Source of the DNA: an uncultured Bacteroidales bacterium
Lineage (GTDB): Bacteria > Bacteroidota > Bacteroidia > Bacteroidales > UBA932
Direction: 5' to 3'
NCBI GenBank assembly: GCA_947306365.1
Contig: CAMZGD010000004.1
Span: 52,531-116,530 of the forward strand
Length of the DNA stretch: 64,000 nt
The notes under the pieces were generated by a model. The model did not search any database and was not told where the DNA came from. It saw only the letters and a program-made list of their open reading frames with translations. Below, one piece after another: positions 18,778 through 27,566 of the stretch (positions within the stretch are counted from its first letter, which is position 1; every line of letters starts with the position of its first letter). The position numbers were made by a program, and so were the translations under genes.

Positions 18778-19545
18778 CTATTTAAAACTTTCACCCGCCT
18801 TTTGCAAGGCTTTCGGAAGGCATTCCTGCCAGAAATTCCAGTAATGGATGCCGGGACGGGAAATCCAATCCACGGTGAGGCCCTGCGACGTCATATAGTC
18901 GGCCAGGTCCTTGGCGGCATCGTTGTCTACGGTCGTATCCTGCTCCCCCACCTCGATGGTGAACGGCGGGAACACCCGCTTGTCGGGCTGTGCGGCGACG
19001 AGCGACGTGAACCATTCCGCGGTCGCGGGGCTCATCGCATAGGCATACGTGAACGTCGAAGGGTACTTCAGCGCGTGGTAGAGCGTGCCGTAGCCGCCCA
19101 TCGACAGGCCGGCCAGGGCCCGTTTGCCGTTGCACTTGTACAGCTTCTCCACCTGCGGGATCAATTCCTCGTGGAAGTAGGTCTCGAAGTCGCCCATGTA
19201 GAAGGTGGTCTGCGCATCGGGCATCACGACGACCATCGGCGTACCGCCGGCCGCCGCGTATTCGCGATAGATGTTCACGAGGCTGCCCTTTTCCGCCCAG
19301 GCGTTCTGGTCGTCGCCATAGCCGTGAAGCAGATACAGGAACGGCAGCGCGCGCTGCGGCGCGGCGCCTTCAGGCAGCCAGACCGTGTACTTCATGTCCT
19401 GCTTCATCGCCGAGCTCCGGACCGTCTGGTTCTTGAGCAGCAGCGCAGTGGGTTCCGGCTCGGGTTCCGGTTCCGGGTCGCCGCAGGCGCCGAGTGCACA
19501 GGCACTCAGCGCCAACGCGGCCAGGATGGTGAGAAAACGCTTCAT
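18778..19545 (-). CDS. esterase, esterase-D/CE1-like (catalytic domain only) lipoprotein
   Basis: 255 aa. Lipobox followed by a (EP)n linker (CGDPEPEPEPEPT), FLYLLHGYGDDQNAW, and ALAGLSMGGYGT. Confidence 0.85.
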   Translation of the reverse strand: MKRFLTILAALALSACALGACGDPEPEPEPEPTALLLKNQTVRSSAMKQDMKYTVWLPEGAAPQRALPFLYLLHGYGDDQNAWAEKGSLVNIYREYAAAGGTPMVVVMPDAQTTFYMGDFETYFHEELIPQVEKLYKCNGKRALAGLSMGGYGTLYHALKYPSTFTYAYAMSPATAEWFTSLVAAQPDKRVFPPFTIEVGEQDTTVDNDAAKDLADYMTSQGLTVDWISRPGIHYWNFWQECLPKALQKAGESFK

Positions 19546-19548
19546 CGG

Positions 19549-21264
19549 TTACTCGTAGACCTTGCCGATATACTGCGCATTGATGACCGAAGAGGTCAGG
19601 GTGATGGTATAGATGTCGCCCGAAACGCTGACCTTCAGGGTTCCGTCGGTAACGAAATTGCCTTTTGCGGCGCCGGCGTACATCGTGAACCAGGTGGTTC
19701 CGGAATCGCCCCACATACCGGCATAGCCGATGCCGAATTCACCTTCTCCCACGTTGCCGCCTTCCGCACAGGCCTTGTATTCGCCGGCGGCCAGTTTGCC
19801 GTCGGTGGAGTAGAATTCGAGCTTCAGGTAGTGGCCGTCGCCGCCGTAGATCTTGCCCCAGTCGCCGGAAGTCACGGTAATCCCGTCGGTGCCCAGGTCG
19901 ATGCCGGCCAGGTTGATGCCGTAGGCGGTATAGTCGGCCGTTCCCAGCAGCTGGGTCAGCACCGTACCGTCGAATTCACCGCCGCCGTTGTAGGCGTCGG
20001 TAGCCGCCGTGAAATTGTAGCCCGTAGAGCCGATGAAGCCGTAGAGGCCTTCGGCGTACTTGACCACCTCGAGGGTTTCACCCGGTTCGATCAGGACGAT
20101 ATTGCCGTCCTGATAGTAGAGCGAACCGCCCACGCCCCAGCCGAACGCGCTCAGGTCGTAGCCGTTGCCCATCTTGTAGGGCTCGGCCGCGTACTCCATG
20201 CAGGAATAGGATCCTGCAATCTCGTCGACGCCGTCGGCGAGGATCAGGACGAACTGGCCCTTCACCTCGTCGGTCGTGCGGCCGGTGAGTTTCACGGTGT
20301 GCGACTTCACGCCGGGCACGACGGCCCAGGAGGCGTCGGTCACGTCGCCGGTCTCGATGCTGATGTTGTAGTCGGGCACAGGAAGGTCGGAAGGCGTCAG
20401 TTCCGGAATCTCGCCGGTGAACGTGGCCCAGTTCGGGTACGTCTCCTCGGATCCCCAGGTGATGACGAACTTCGTGCCTTTCTTTTCGACGGTGACGGTG
20501 CCGCTGGTGATGTGCGTGACCGATTGGCCGACCCACCAGCAGGTACCCCAGTGCATGATGCCCAGTCCCCACTCGCTCAAGTCGTACTCGTAGCCGGGTG
20601 CAAACTGGCCGGGGCCCACGTTGTCGCTGGAAGGGGCGGCGGTGTAGACGCCTTCGTGCAGGACGCCGTCGGCGCTGTACACGTCGGCCGTCAGGGCATA
20701 GCCCTCGCCCATCGGCGAACCCATCATGTCGAGGGACATGTCGTCCGTACCCACCTTGAAGGTCACCGTGCTGTTGGCATTGGCCTGTGCGACGAGCAGC
20801 TTGGTCAGGACCACCGGCTCCGGGTCGGGTTCGAAATGGAAATTGCCCGACCAGGACAGCTTGTAGGCCGCGCCGCCCGTCACGAAGAGAATGGCCTTGA
20901 CCTTATAGGCTTCGCCGTCCTGCGTGACGGTGATGGTACCGGTCTCGACCTGCGTACCGTTGACGCTCGTCTTGCCGAGCACGAAGTTGCCTTTCTTGGC
21001 AGCCGCTTCCTGCGCCTCGGTATAGGCATTGGAAGTCAGGTAGTAGGAATCCCCGACGAGGGTGGCCTGGAGGGAAACGGAGCCGCCCAGGTTGAGTTCG
21101 AAGTAACGCTTTCCGTCCGCCTTGTAGGCATTGCAGCTGGCGGAAGTGAAGCTCTCGGCCACGGTCGGAGGCGTGAAGATGCCCTCGAGCGGATCGAGCA
21201 CCGACGTCTGGCAGGAAACCAGCATCAGCAGCATGCAACCGATCAGAAATATATTCTTTTTCAT
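19549..21264 (-). CDS. PUL-encoded surface lipoprotein of unknown family with four degenerate ~135-aa repeats (candidate SusE/F-like glycan-binding protein)
   Basis: 571 aa. Lipobox LMLVSCQ, positioned immediately downstream of susD. Internal repeat signature G.Y...(N/D)VG.G.F..GY......WG...W...(V/I)T.GT(L/V).V...G..(Y/F).(I/V)T. Confidence 0.6.
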   Translation of the reverse strand: MKKNIFLIGCMLLMLVSCQTSVLDPLEGIFTPPTVAESFTSASCNAYKADGKRYFELNLGGSVSLQATLVGDSYYLTSNAYTEAQEAAAKKGNFVLGKTSVNGTQVETGTITVTQDGEAYKVKAILFVTGGAAYKLSWSGNFHFEPDPEPVVLTKLLVAQANANSTVTFKVGTDDMSLDMMGSPMGEGYALTADVYSADGVLHEGVYTAAPSSDNVGPGQFAPGYEYDLSEWGLGIMHWGTCWWVGQSVTHITSGTVTVEKKGTKFVITWGSEETYPNWATFTGEIPELTPSDLPVPDYNISIETGDVTDASWAVVPGVKSHTVKLTGRTTDEVKGQFVLILADGVDEIAGSYSCMEYAAEPYKMGNGYDLSAFGWGVGGSLYYQDGNIVLIEPGETLEVVKYAEGLYGFIGSTGYNFTAATDAYNGGGEFDGTVLTQLLGTADYTAYGINLAGIDLGTDGITVTSGDWGKIYGGDGHYLKLEFYSTDGKLAAGEYKACAEGGNVGEGEFGIGYAGMWGDSGTTWFTMYAGAAKGNFVTDGTLKVSVSGDIYTITLTSSVINAQYIGKVYE

Positions 21265-21285
21265 ATTCTTGACAGTTTTAGACGA

Positions 21286-22833
21286 TTAATAGCCCGGATT
21301 CTGCTGGATGTTGGAATTCAAGCGGATCTCGGTGGCGGGATAAGGCAACTTGTCGTGCTTGCCGGCCTTGAAGCCGTGCGTCGGGTTGCCGCAACTGATA
21401 TACTTCACCTGGCCGTTCACCTGGAGTTCAGGATAGATGTTGCCGTTGTCGGCCATCTTGGCGCCTTCGCCCCAACGGAGCAGGTCCTGGAAGCGGGTGC
21501 CCTCGCCGAAGAGTTCAAGCCGTTTCTCGAGCTTGATGTCTTCAAGCGTCACGCCGTTCTTGGCAGGGAGCTGGGCGCGGGTGCGCACCAGGTTGACATA
21601 CTCGGCGGCCTTGCCCGCGTTGCCGGCGGCCAGATGGGCTTCCGCACCGCATAGCAGCACCTCGGCGTAGCGCATCCACAGGGTGTTTGCCATATAGACA
21701 TAATCATTGCCCATACCGCGCTCTTCAGCAAGGATGCGGAGTTTCCACATAAAGTAGCCTTCTCCGATGACCGGGCTCTTCAGGGTGATTCCCAGTTCGT
21801 TGGTAATCTGGTCCAGCGTCTTGAGGGAATTGTTCAGACGGTAGCCGTTCTCGCCTTCCACCTTCACGAAATCATCGTACAGGCTCTTGGTCGGGACACG
21901 GAAACCCCAGCCCGTGTTCATGATCGGCGTGTCGGGCGGCCAGTTCATCTTGTCCATGCGCCAGTTGGTCATCAGGGCGTACATGGAGAAGTTCTGCCAG
22001 GAGTTGTTGTCGTCGTGCACGCGGTTGCTTTCGAAGAGGCTCTCGCAGTTGTGCTTCTGGGAAGCGCGGTGGATCAGGCTGAAGTCGTCCATCAGGCGGT
22101 ACATGCCGGAGTTCACCACAGCGTCGAACTGGGCCGCGGCATCGGCATTCTTGCCCTGCCACAGATAGACCTTGCCGAGGAGCGCCTGGGCGAACTGCTT
22201 GGTGATGCGCCAGGTCTCGTTGTCGTTCACGTTGGATTTCTCGGCCAGCGCGCCGGAAGCGATGGCTTCCGTGAGGTCTTTTTCCATCAGGCCCCAGAGT
22301 TCCTCGTCGGTGCCGTTGGGCACGTTGTACTCCGAAGGAGCCAGTTCGTGGTCCACCAGCGGCGGGTTGCCCCACATCGTCTTGAGGTCGAAGTAGGCGA
22401 AGGCGCGGAACACCTTGGCTTCGGCGCGGGCCTGGCGGGCCACGGCGCCCTTCTCCTCATCCACGTGGCCCAGGATGACATTGGCCTTGTAGATCAGGGT
22501 ATAATAGGTCGTGAACATACTCTGGACGTAGTCTTCTTCGGCATCGAAGGTGAATTCGTTCAGGTGTTCCAGGTTGTTGTTGTCACCCCGCATCGAGCCG
22601 CCGGCCCAGAAATCGTCCGTGAACATGGCCTTGCAGAGCTTCACATTGTATTCCCAGCCGCGGACCTCCAGGTACATCGCAATAGCGGCGGAAGTGATCT
22701 GGTCGTCCGTCTGGTAATAGGTATTGTAGTCCAGCACGCCGTGCTGCGGGATATCCAGCAAGTCGGAGCAGGATGTCAGGAAGAGCGTGCAGATCGCTGC
22801 GACAGCAGTCAAAAGGATATTTCTTGTTTTCAT
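21286..22833 (-). CDS. susD: SusD/RagB family nutrient-binding outer membrane lipoprotein
   Basis: 515 aa. Lipobox LTSCSD, TPR-like SusD fold signatures, and position directly after susC. Confidence 0.92.
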   Translation of the reverse strand: MKTRNILLTAVAAICTLFLTSCSDLLDIPQHGVLDYNTYYQTDDQITSAAIAMYLEVRGWEYNVKLCKAMFTDDFWAGGSMRGDNNNLEHLNEFTFDAEEDYVQSMFTTYYTLIYKANVILGHVDEEKGAVARQARAEAKVFRAFAYFDLKTMWGNPPLVDHELAPSEYNVPNGTDEELWGLMEKDLTEAIASGALAEKSNVNDNETWRITKQFAQALLGKVYLWQGKNADAAAQFDAVVNSGMYRLMDDFSLIHRASQKHNCESLFESNRVHDDNNSWQNFSMYALMTNWRMDKMNWPPDTPIMNTGWGFRVPTKSLYDDFVKVEGENGYRLNNSLKTLDQITNELGITLKSPVIGEGYFMWKLRILAEERGMGNDYVYMANTLWMRYAEVLLCGAEAHLAAGNAGKAAEYVNLVRTRAQLPAKNGVTLEDIKLEKRLELFGEGTRFQDLLRWGEGAKMADNGNIYPELQVNGQVKYISCGNPTHGFKAGKHDKLPYPATEIRLNSNIQQNPGY

Positions 22834-22846
22834 AAGGCTGTCAGGA

Positions 22847-25800
22847 TTAGAAGGTGAGATTTACGCCGAAGACGACCTTCTTTGCGGTCGGATAACTGCC
22901 CTTGTCGACGCCGAGGCCGCTGCCGGTACCCGTGATCTCAGGATCAAAGCCCGGATACTTGGAGAAGGTGAACCAGTCGTCGAGGGAACCGTAGATGCGC
23001 AGGTTGTCCACGAAGAACTTGCGGGTGAGCTGCTGCGGGAGCGTATAGCCCAGCTGGATCTGCTTGATCTTGGCGTAGGAGCCGTCGAACACCACGCCGT
23101 CGGAGGTCAGGAACTGCTGCCAGTTGGAAGCGTTGGCCGCCGGCATCGTACCGTTGGTGTGCGTCGGGGTCCAGCGGTCTTCCGTGAGGAAGCTGAGGCG
23201 ATTGGACGGATAGTCGACCACGGTGAGACAGTTGTAGATCTTGCTGCCGACCGCGCCGGTCATGAAGACGATGGCGTCGAGGCCCTTCCAGGCCGCCGTG
23301 AGGGTGAGGCCGAAGTTGGCCTTCGGAATGCCGGAGCCCAGGTTGATCTTGTCGGCCTGCGTCACGTCGCCGCTGCCGTCGATATCCTCGAACATCGCGT
23401 CGCCCGTAGCCGGGTCGATGCCGATGAAGTGATAGCCGTAGAAGTGCCAGGCCGGATAGCCTTTCTCGAAACGGGTGATGGTGCCGTAGTTACGGACACC
23501 CACGCCGTCGATACCGTCGGAAAGCGTCTCGTGGATGTAGGTCACCTCGTTCCTGAGGGTGGAGGCGTTGCCGGCGATGCTGTAGTTGAATTCGCCGATC
23601 TGGTCGCGCCACTTGAGCTCGAACTCGAGACCGGTGTTGAGCACGTTGCCCGCATTCACCGGAGAAGCGGTGACGCCCACCACGGTGGAAGGCGTGATGC
23701 CCGTCACGATGAGGTCCTTGGTCATCTTGCGGAACCAGTCGGCGCTGAACGTCAGGCGGTCGCGCAGGAAGCGCATGTCGACGCCGAAGTCGAGCTGCTC
23801 GGAGGTCTCCCACTTGAGCTCGTCGTTGCCGGAGGAGGTAGGCGCATAGCCGATGAGGTAGATAGGCGCCGTGCTGCTGATCGGATAGTCACCCGTCGAG
23901 GCGATCACGTTGGCGTAGCGGTAGCCGTAGAGGCCGGCGAGGGAACCGTTCTGGCCCCAGGAGGCGCGCAGCTTCATGTAATTGACCGTCCGCTTCAGGT
24001 TTGCGAAGAAGTCCTCTTCGGAAATCGTCCAGCTCGCGGATACGGAGGGGAAGTAACCCCAGCGCATCGGCTTCGGCAGGATGGAAAGGTCGGCCGCATC
24101 CGCACGGAAGGAAGCCTGCAGGTTGTATTTGCCCATATAGTTCCAGCCGGCACGCGCGAAGTAGGAAAGCTTGCGGGAGATGCTGGGTTCGGCGCCGGAC
24201 ACCGAAGGGACGGCGTTGGCGGAATGGTAGGCGAAATAGTAGAAGAGCGGGTTGTCCTGCGTCACGCCGAGGTCGTCGTCGCTGCCGCGGTAGGAGCCGC
24301 TCACCGAATAGCTGCGGCTGTTGGAATACGAGGTACCGACCATCAGGCTGACATTGTGGGGACCGAAGTTCTGGTTCCAGTTCGCGAAGTTCTCCCACTG
24401 GTAGTAGATGGAGTTGCTGCTGGAGCCCGACAGGCCGATGTAGTTCTGGTAGGCGTTCTGGTTCACGTAGTACTGCAGCGAATAGCCGTAGTTGTCGGAA
24501 GCCGAGAAGCGGTAGCCCACGCGGGAAGTGACGGTCAGGTGTTTCCAGGGCGTGAAGTTGATGGCCGTGGAACCGTTGATGTTGAAGCCCTGCGAAGCGC
24601 TGTAGTCGCGGTCGCGCATGATGCGCGGGTTGACGTTCTCCGAAGGGTTGAAATACGAGATGCCGTAGTAGTTGCCGTTCTCGTCCTGCATCAGCCGGCG
24701 GCCGGCGGCCAGGTAGTCCCGCATGAAGTCGGGCATGTTGTCCGCGGTGTAGGTCGTCGGGGTGAGCGGGTCGAGCTGCAGGGCGGCCAGCACGGCGGAG
24801 CCGTAGTCGCTGCCCTCGGAGACCGAACGGGCCTTGTAGTATTCCACCTGGTTGTTGGTCTGGACTTCCAGCCAGGGCTTGAATTTCCAGGCACCGTTGA
24901 CCATGGTGGTGATGCGCTTGTACACGTCGGAATCGCCGGCGAACATACCGTTGTTGTCGAGGTAGGTCGCGGAGATGTAGAGATTGCCGCGGTCGGCGCC
25001 CGCAGAGAACGACAGGTTGTGGTGCTGCATCAGGGAATTCTCATAGGAATAGGCCAGCCAGTCGGTATTGGTCACGAAATCCCAGTTGGCGTAGAAGTCC
25101 TGGAGGGTGTAGCGGCCGTTCTCGATGAAGTACTGCATGTACTGCTCGGAGTTCATCACCTTCGGAATGTGGTTTAGGCTCTGGGAAGTCAGCTGGAACG
25201 AATAGCTGATCTTGCCGTCGCCCTGGCCCTTGCGGGTGGTGATCATGATGACGCCGTTGCCGGCCTCGGCACCGTAGATGGCGGCCGAAGCGCCGTCCTT
25301 CAGGACCTCCATCGACTCGATGTCGTTGGGGTCGATGCCGGCGATGGAATTGGTACGGCGGCCGTCGACGACATACAGCGGGTTGGAGGAGCCGTTGGAT
25401 GAGATACCGCGGACCTGGATGCTCGGAGCGGCGCCCGGACGGGCGGAACTCGAGAACACCTGGACGCCGGCGGTCTTGCCCTGGAGGGCGGATTCCGGCG
25501 TGGTGATGGTACGGTTCGCGATGTCTTCCGACTTGACCTGCGAGATGGCGCCGGTGACGTCGGATTTCTTCTGTACGCCGTAACCCACGACGACCGTCTC
25601 CTCGAGCATTTCGGTGTCGGGGAGCAACTTGACGTTGAGGGTCATGGTCCTTTCAGCCACAAACGTCTGCGGCTTGAAGCCGATGTAGGAGAACTCGACG
25701 GTCGTGCCGGCCGGAACGGTGAGGGAATACATACCGTCGAGGTCGGTCGCCACGCCGTGCGTGGTCCCCTGCTGGATGACGCCGACACCCATGAGCGGTT

Positions 25801-25918
25801 CGCCGAAATCATCGACGACCTGTCCGGAGAGCGTCACCTGGGGCTGTGCGGCGAGCGACACTCCGAACAGGAGCGCCAGGCAGGCGACCGTCAGCCTTTT
25901 GAAAAGGGATTTTCTCAT
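22847..25918 (-). CDS. susC: SusC/RagA family TonB-dependent outer membrane transporter
   Basis: 1023 aa. N-terminal carboxypeptidase-regulatory-like domain (VTLSGQVVDDFGEPLMGVGV), plug domain, and terminal ...VVFGVNLTF. Confidence 0.95.
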   Translation of the reverse strand: MRKSLFKRLTVACLALLFGVSLAAQPQVTLSGQVVDDFGEPLMGVGVIQQGTTHGVATDLDGMYSLTVPAGTTVEFSYIGFKPQTFVAERTMTLNVKLLPDTEMLEETVVVGYGVQKKSDVTGAISQVKSEDIANRTITTPESALQGKTAGVQVFSSSARPGAAPSIQVRGISSNGSSNPLYVVDGRRTNSIAGIDPNDIESMEVLKDGASAAIYGAEAGNGVIMITTRKGQGDGKISYSFQLTSQSLNHIPKVMNSEQYMQYFIENGRYTLQDFYANWDFVTNTDWLAYSYENSLMQHHNLSFSAGADRGNLYISATYLDNNGMFAGDSDVYKRITTMVNGAWKFKPWLEVQTNNQVEYYKARSVSEGSDYGSAVLAALQLDPLTPTTYTADNMPDFMRDYLAAGRRLMQDENGNYYGISYFNPSENVNPRIMRDRDYSASQGFNINGSTAINFTPWKHLTVTSRVGYRFSASDNYGYSLQYYVNQNAYQNYIGLSGSSSNSIYYQWENFANWNQNFGPHNVSLMVGTSYSNSRSYSVSGSYRGSDDDLGVTQDNPLFYYFAYHSANAVPSVSGAEPSISRKLSYFARAGWNYMGKYNLQASFRADAADLSILPKPMRWGYFPSVSASWTISEEDFFANLKRTVNYMKLRASWGQNGSLAGLYGYRYANVIASTGDYPISSTAPIYLIGYAPTSSGNDELKWETSEQLDFGVDMRFLRDRLTFSADWFRKMTKDLIVTGITPSTVVGVTASPVNAGNVLNTGLEFELKWRDQIGEFNYSIAGNASTLRNEVTYIHETLSDGIDGVGVRNYGTITRFEKGYPAWHFYGYHFIGIDPATGDAMFEDIDGSGDVTQADKINLGSGIPKANFGLTLTAAWKGLDAIVFMTGAVGSKIYNCLTVVDYPSNRLSFLTEDRWTPTHTNGTMPAANASNWQQFLTSDGVVFDGSYAKIKQIQLGYTLPQQLTRKFFVDNLRIYGSLDDWFTFSKYPGFDPEITGTGSGLGVDKGSYPTAKKVVFGVNLTF

Positions 25919-25935
25919 AAAAACTGATATTTAGG

Positions 25936-27399
25936 TTAATTGATTGATGATTCGATGTCGAGGAGCATTTTCTTCGGATACGGCTCCCAGGCCGGGATGC
26001 CTTCCGCCGTCGGGACGCCGTTCTTGGCGAAATTCGTCCAAAGGCGGCTCAGGCGGTGACCCAGTTCGACGGCATCCTGGCCACCGCCCGTGAAGGTGCG
26101 GTGCAGTGCCACGTTGTCGAACACGAAGGGAATCTCGATGCAGTGCGTGCTGCCGAAGGCCCCGTCGAGGACGGGCGACTCCCACGTGAACTGGTAGAGA
26201 TAGACCGGGGCGCAGCCGGCGGCCGTGCGGTCGGCGGCCTGCTGCAGGGCCAGCGGCTGGAAGATCGGATCTTCGCGGTCGCGGGTGAATTCGTGGAAGG
26301 TGGTGCCGATGATCACGGGGATGTCTTTCGAGAGGGCCAGCGCCTCGGGTGTGGCCGGCTGGGCGGGAATCACTTCGCCGTCCACCACGGGAACCTGGCC
26401 GAACAGGATCGCATTGAGGATGTTCTCGGGGAACGCGCCGTCCTGCTTCGCTTCCTCGCGTACGGCGGCGATGGCGCCGTTGTAGGCGGCCAGCAGCTGC
26501 TCGTAGGGCACCTCGGCGATCTGGTCGATGCGCGACGGGTTGAGGTGCAGCGCTTCGACGGTCTTCGCGCCGATGCGGCGGGAATACTTGGGCTCCATCA
26601 GCTGCGTGATGGAACCGCTCTCCACGATGGCTTTTCCGAAGAGCCCCCGGGCGGAAGGCATCGCCATCAGCGTGGAGACCTTTCCACCGCCGCCCGACTG
26701 GCCGAAGATGGTGACGTTGGACGGGTCACCGCCGAAGGCGGCGATGTTGTCGCGGACCCATTCGAGCGCCTTGACGATATCGGTCATCCCCACATTGGCG
26801 CTCTGCGCATATTTGGCGCCGTAAGCGGACAGGTCGAGGAAACCGAGAACGTTGAGCCGGTGGTTGAGCGTGACCACCACCACGCCGTGGTCGCGGGCGA
26901 GATTCATCCCGTCGTAGGAGATGAGTTCCTGGCCGCTGCCGGCGCGGAAGCCACCGCCGTGGAGCCAGACCATCACCGGCCGCTTCTCGCCGCCGCGCAG
27001 GCCGCCGGTCCAGATGTTGAGCCGCAGGCAGTCCTCATCGGGGAAGCCGTCGTCCCAGTGCATCGCAAATGCCTGGTCATCGGACCACCAGCCTGCCCGC
27101 TTGTCCTGCGGACACGTGGGGCCGTAGGCCCGGCTGGGACGGACTTCCGTCCACGGATCGGGATCCACGGCCGGCAGGAAGCGCTCGGCCCTGGCATAGG
27201 GAATGCCCTTGAAGATGAAGACACCGCCGTCGACATAACCGGCCACCGGGCCGGATGCGGTCTGGACGGTCGATGCCTTGGCAGAAGTTTCCAACTCCGC
27301 CGGGGCGGCCTTCGCGGGCCGGTTCCCGGACGGGCAGCTGCAGGCGGCGGACAGCAGGGCCGCGGCAGTCAGCGCAAGTACCGGATGAAACAGTTTCAT
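25936..27399 (-). CDS. carboxylesterase type B family protein (secreted)
   Basis: 487 aa. VWLHGGGFRAGSG and the nucleophile elbow GQSGGG. First gene of the minus-strand susC operon. Confidence 0.88.
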   Translation of the reverse strand: MKLFHPVLALTAAALLSAACSCPSGNRPAKAAPAELETSAKASTVQTASGPVAGYVDGGVFIFKGIPYARAERFLPAVDPDPWTEVRPSRAYGPTCPQDKRAGWWSDDQAFAMHWDDGFPDEDCLRLNIWTGGLRGGEKRPVMVWLHGGGFRAGSGQELISYDGMNLARDHGVVVVTLNHRLNVLGFLDLSAYGAKYAQSANVGMTDIVKALEWVRDNIAAFGGDPSNVTIFGQSGGGGKVSTLMAMPSARGLFGKAIVESGSITQLMEPKYSRRIGAKTVEALHLNPSRIDQIAEVPYEQLLAAYNGAIAAVREEAKQDGAFPENILNAILFGQVPVVDGEVIPAQPATPEALALSKDIPVIIGTTFHEFTRDREDPIFQPLALQQAADRTAAGCAPVYLYQFTWESPVLDGAFGSTHCIEIPFVFDNVALHRTFTGGGQDAVELGHRLSRLWTNFAKNGVPTAEGIPAWEPYPKKMLLDIESSIN

Positions 27400-27494
27400 G
27401 GAATGACAGTTTTACAATTACAAATTTCCGCATTCTTCCCCGCATCGCCTTTCCCGTCAAGACAACTTCTTTCCGCTCCGTACGGCGGCCCGGT

Positions 27495-27530
27495 CAATTC
27501 TGTTCAAAAACATTTCAATTTGTTCAAACC
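27495..27530 (+). promoter_or_regulatory. operator-like direct repeat CAATT(C)TGTTCAAA x2, 20-nt spacing (site A)
   Basis: TGTTCAAA at 27501-27508 and at 27521-27528, each preceded by CAATT. The proximal copy ends 25 nt upstream of the -7 box of the HTCS gene, in the divergent PUL control region. Confidence 0.45.
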
Positions 27531-27553
27531 CGCGCTCGTACGTTCATTTTTCC

Positions 27554-27561
27554 TATATTTG
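27554..27561 (+). promoter_or_regulatory. -7 promoter box TATATTTG for the HTCS gene
   Basis: TAnnTTTG match ending 5 nt before the ATG at 27567, which implies a leaderless or near-leaderless mRNA. Confidence 0.55.
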
Positions 27562-27566
27562 TAATT

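Noticed and set aside
18802-21654. 950-aa plus-strand ORF across the esterase, lipoprotein and SusD genes
   Set aside because: It is antisense to three motif-supported minus-strand genes and crosses their intergenic gaps. It is an artefact.
22787-25177. 796-aa plus-strand ORF opposite susC
   Set aside because: It is antisense to the SusC TonB-dependent transporter gene and has an artefactual composition.
27255-27566. N-terminal 104-codon extension of the HTCS ORF
   Set aside because: It overlaps the start of the divergent carboxylesterase gene and the intergenic promoter region. The signal peptide begins at the ATG at 27567, directly after a -7 box.
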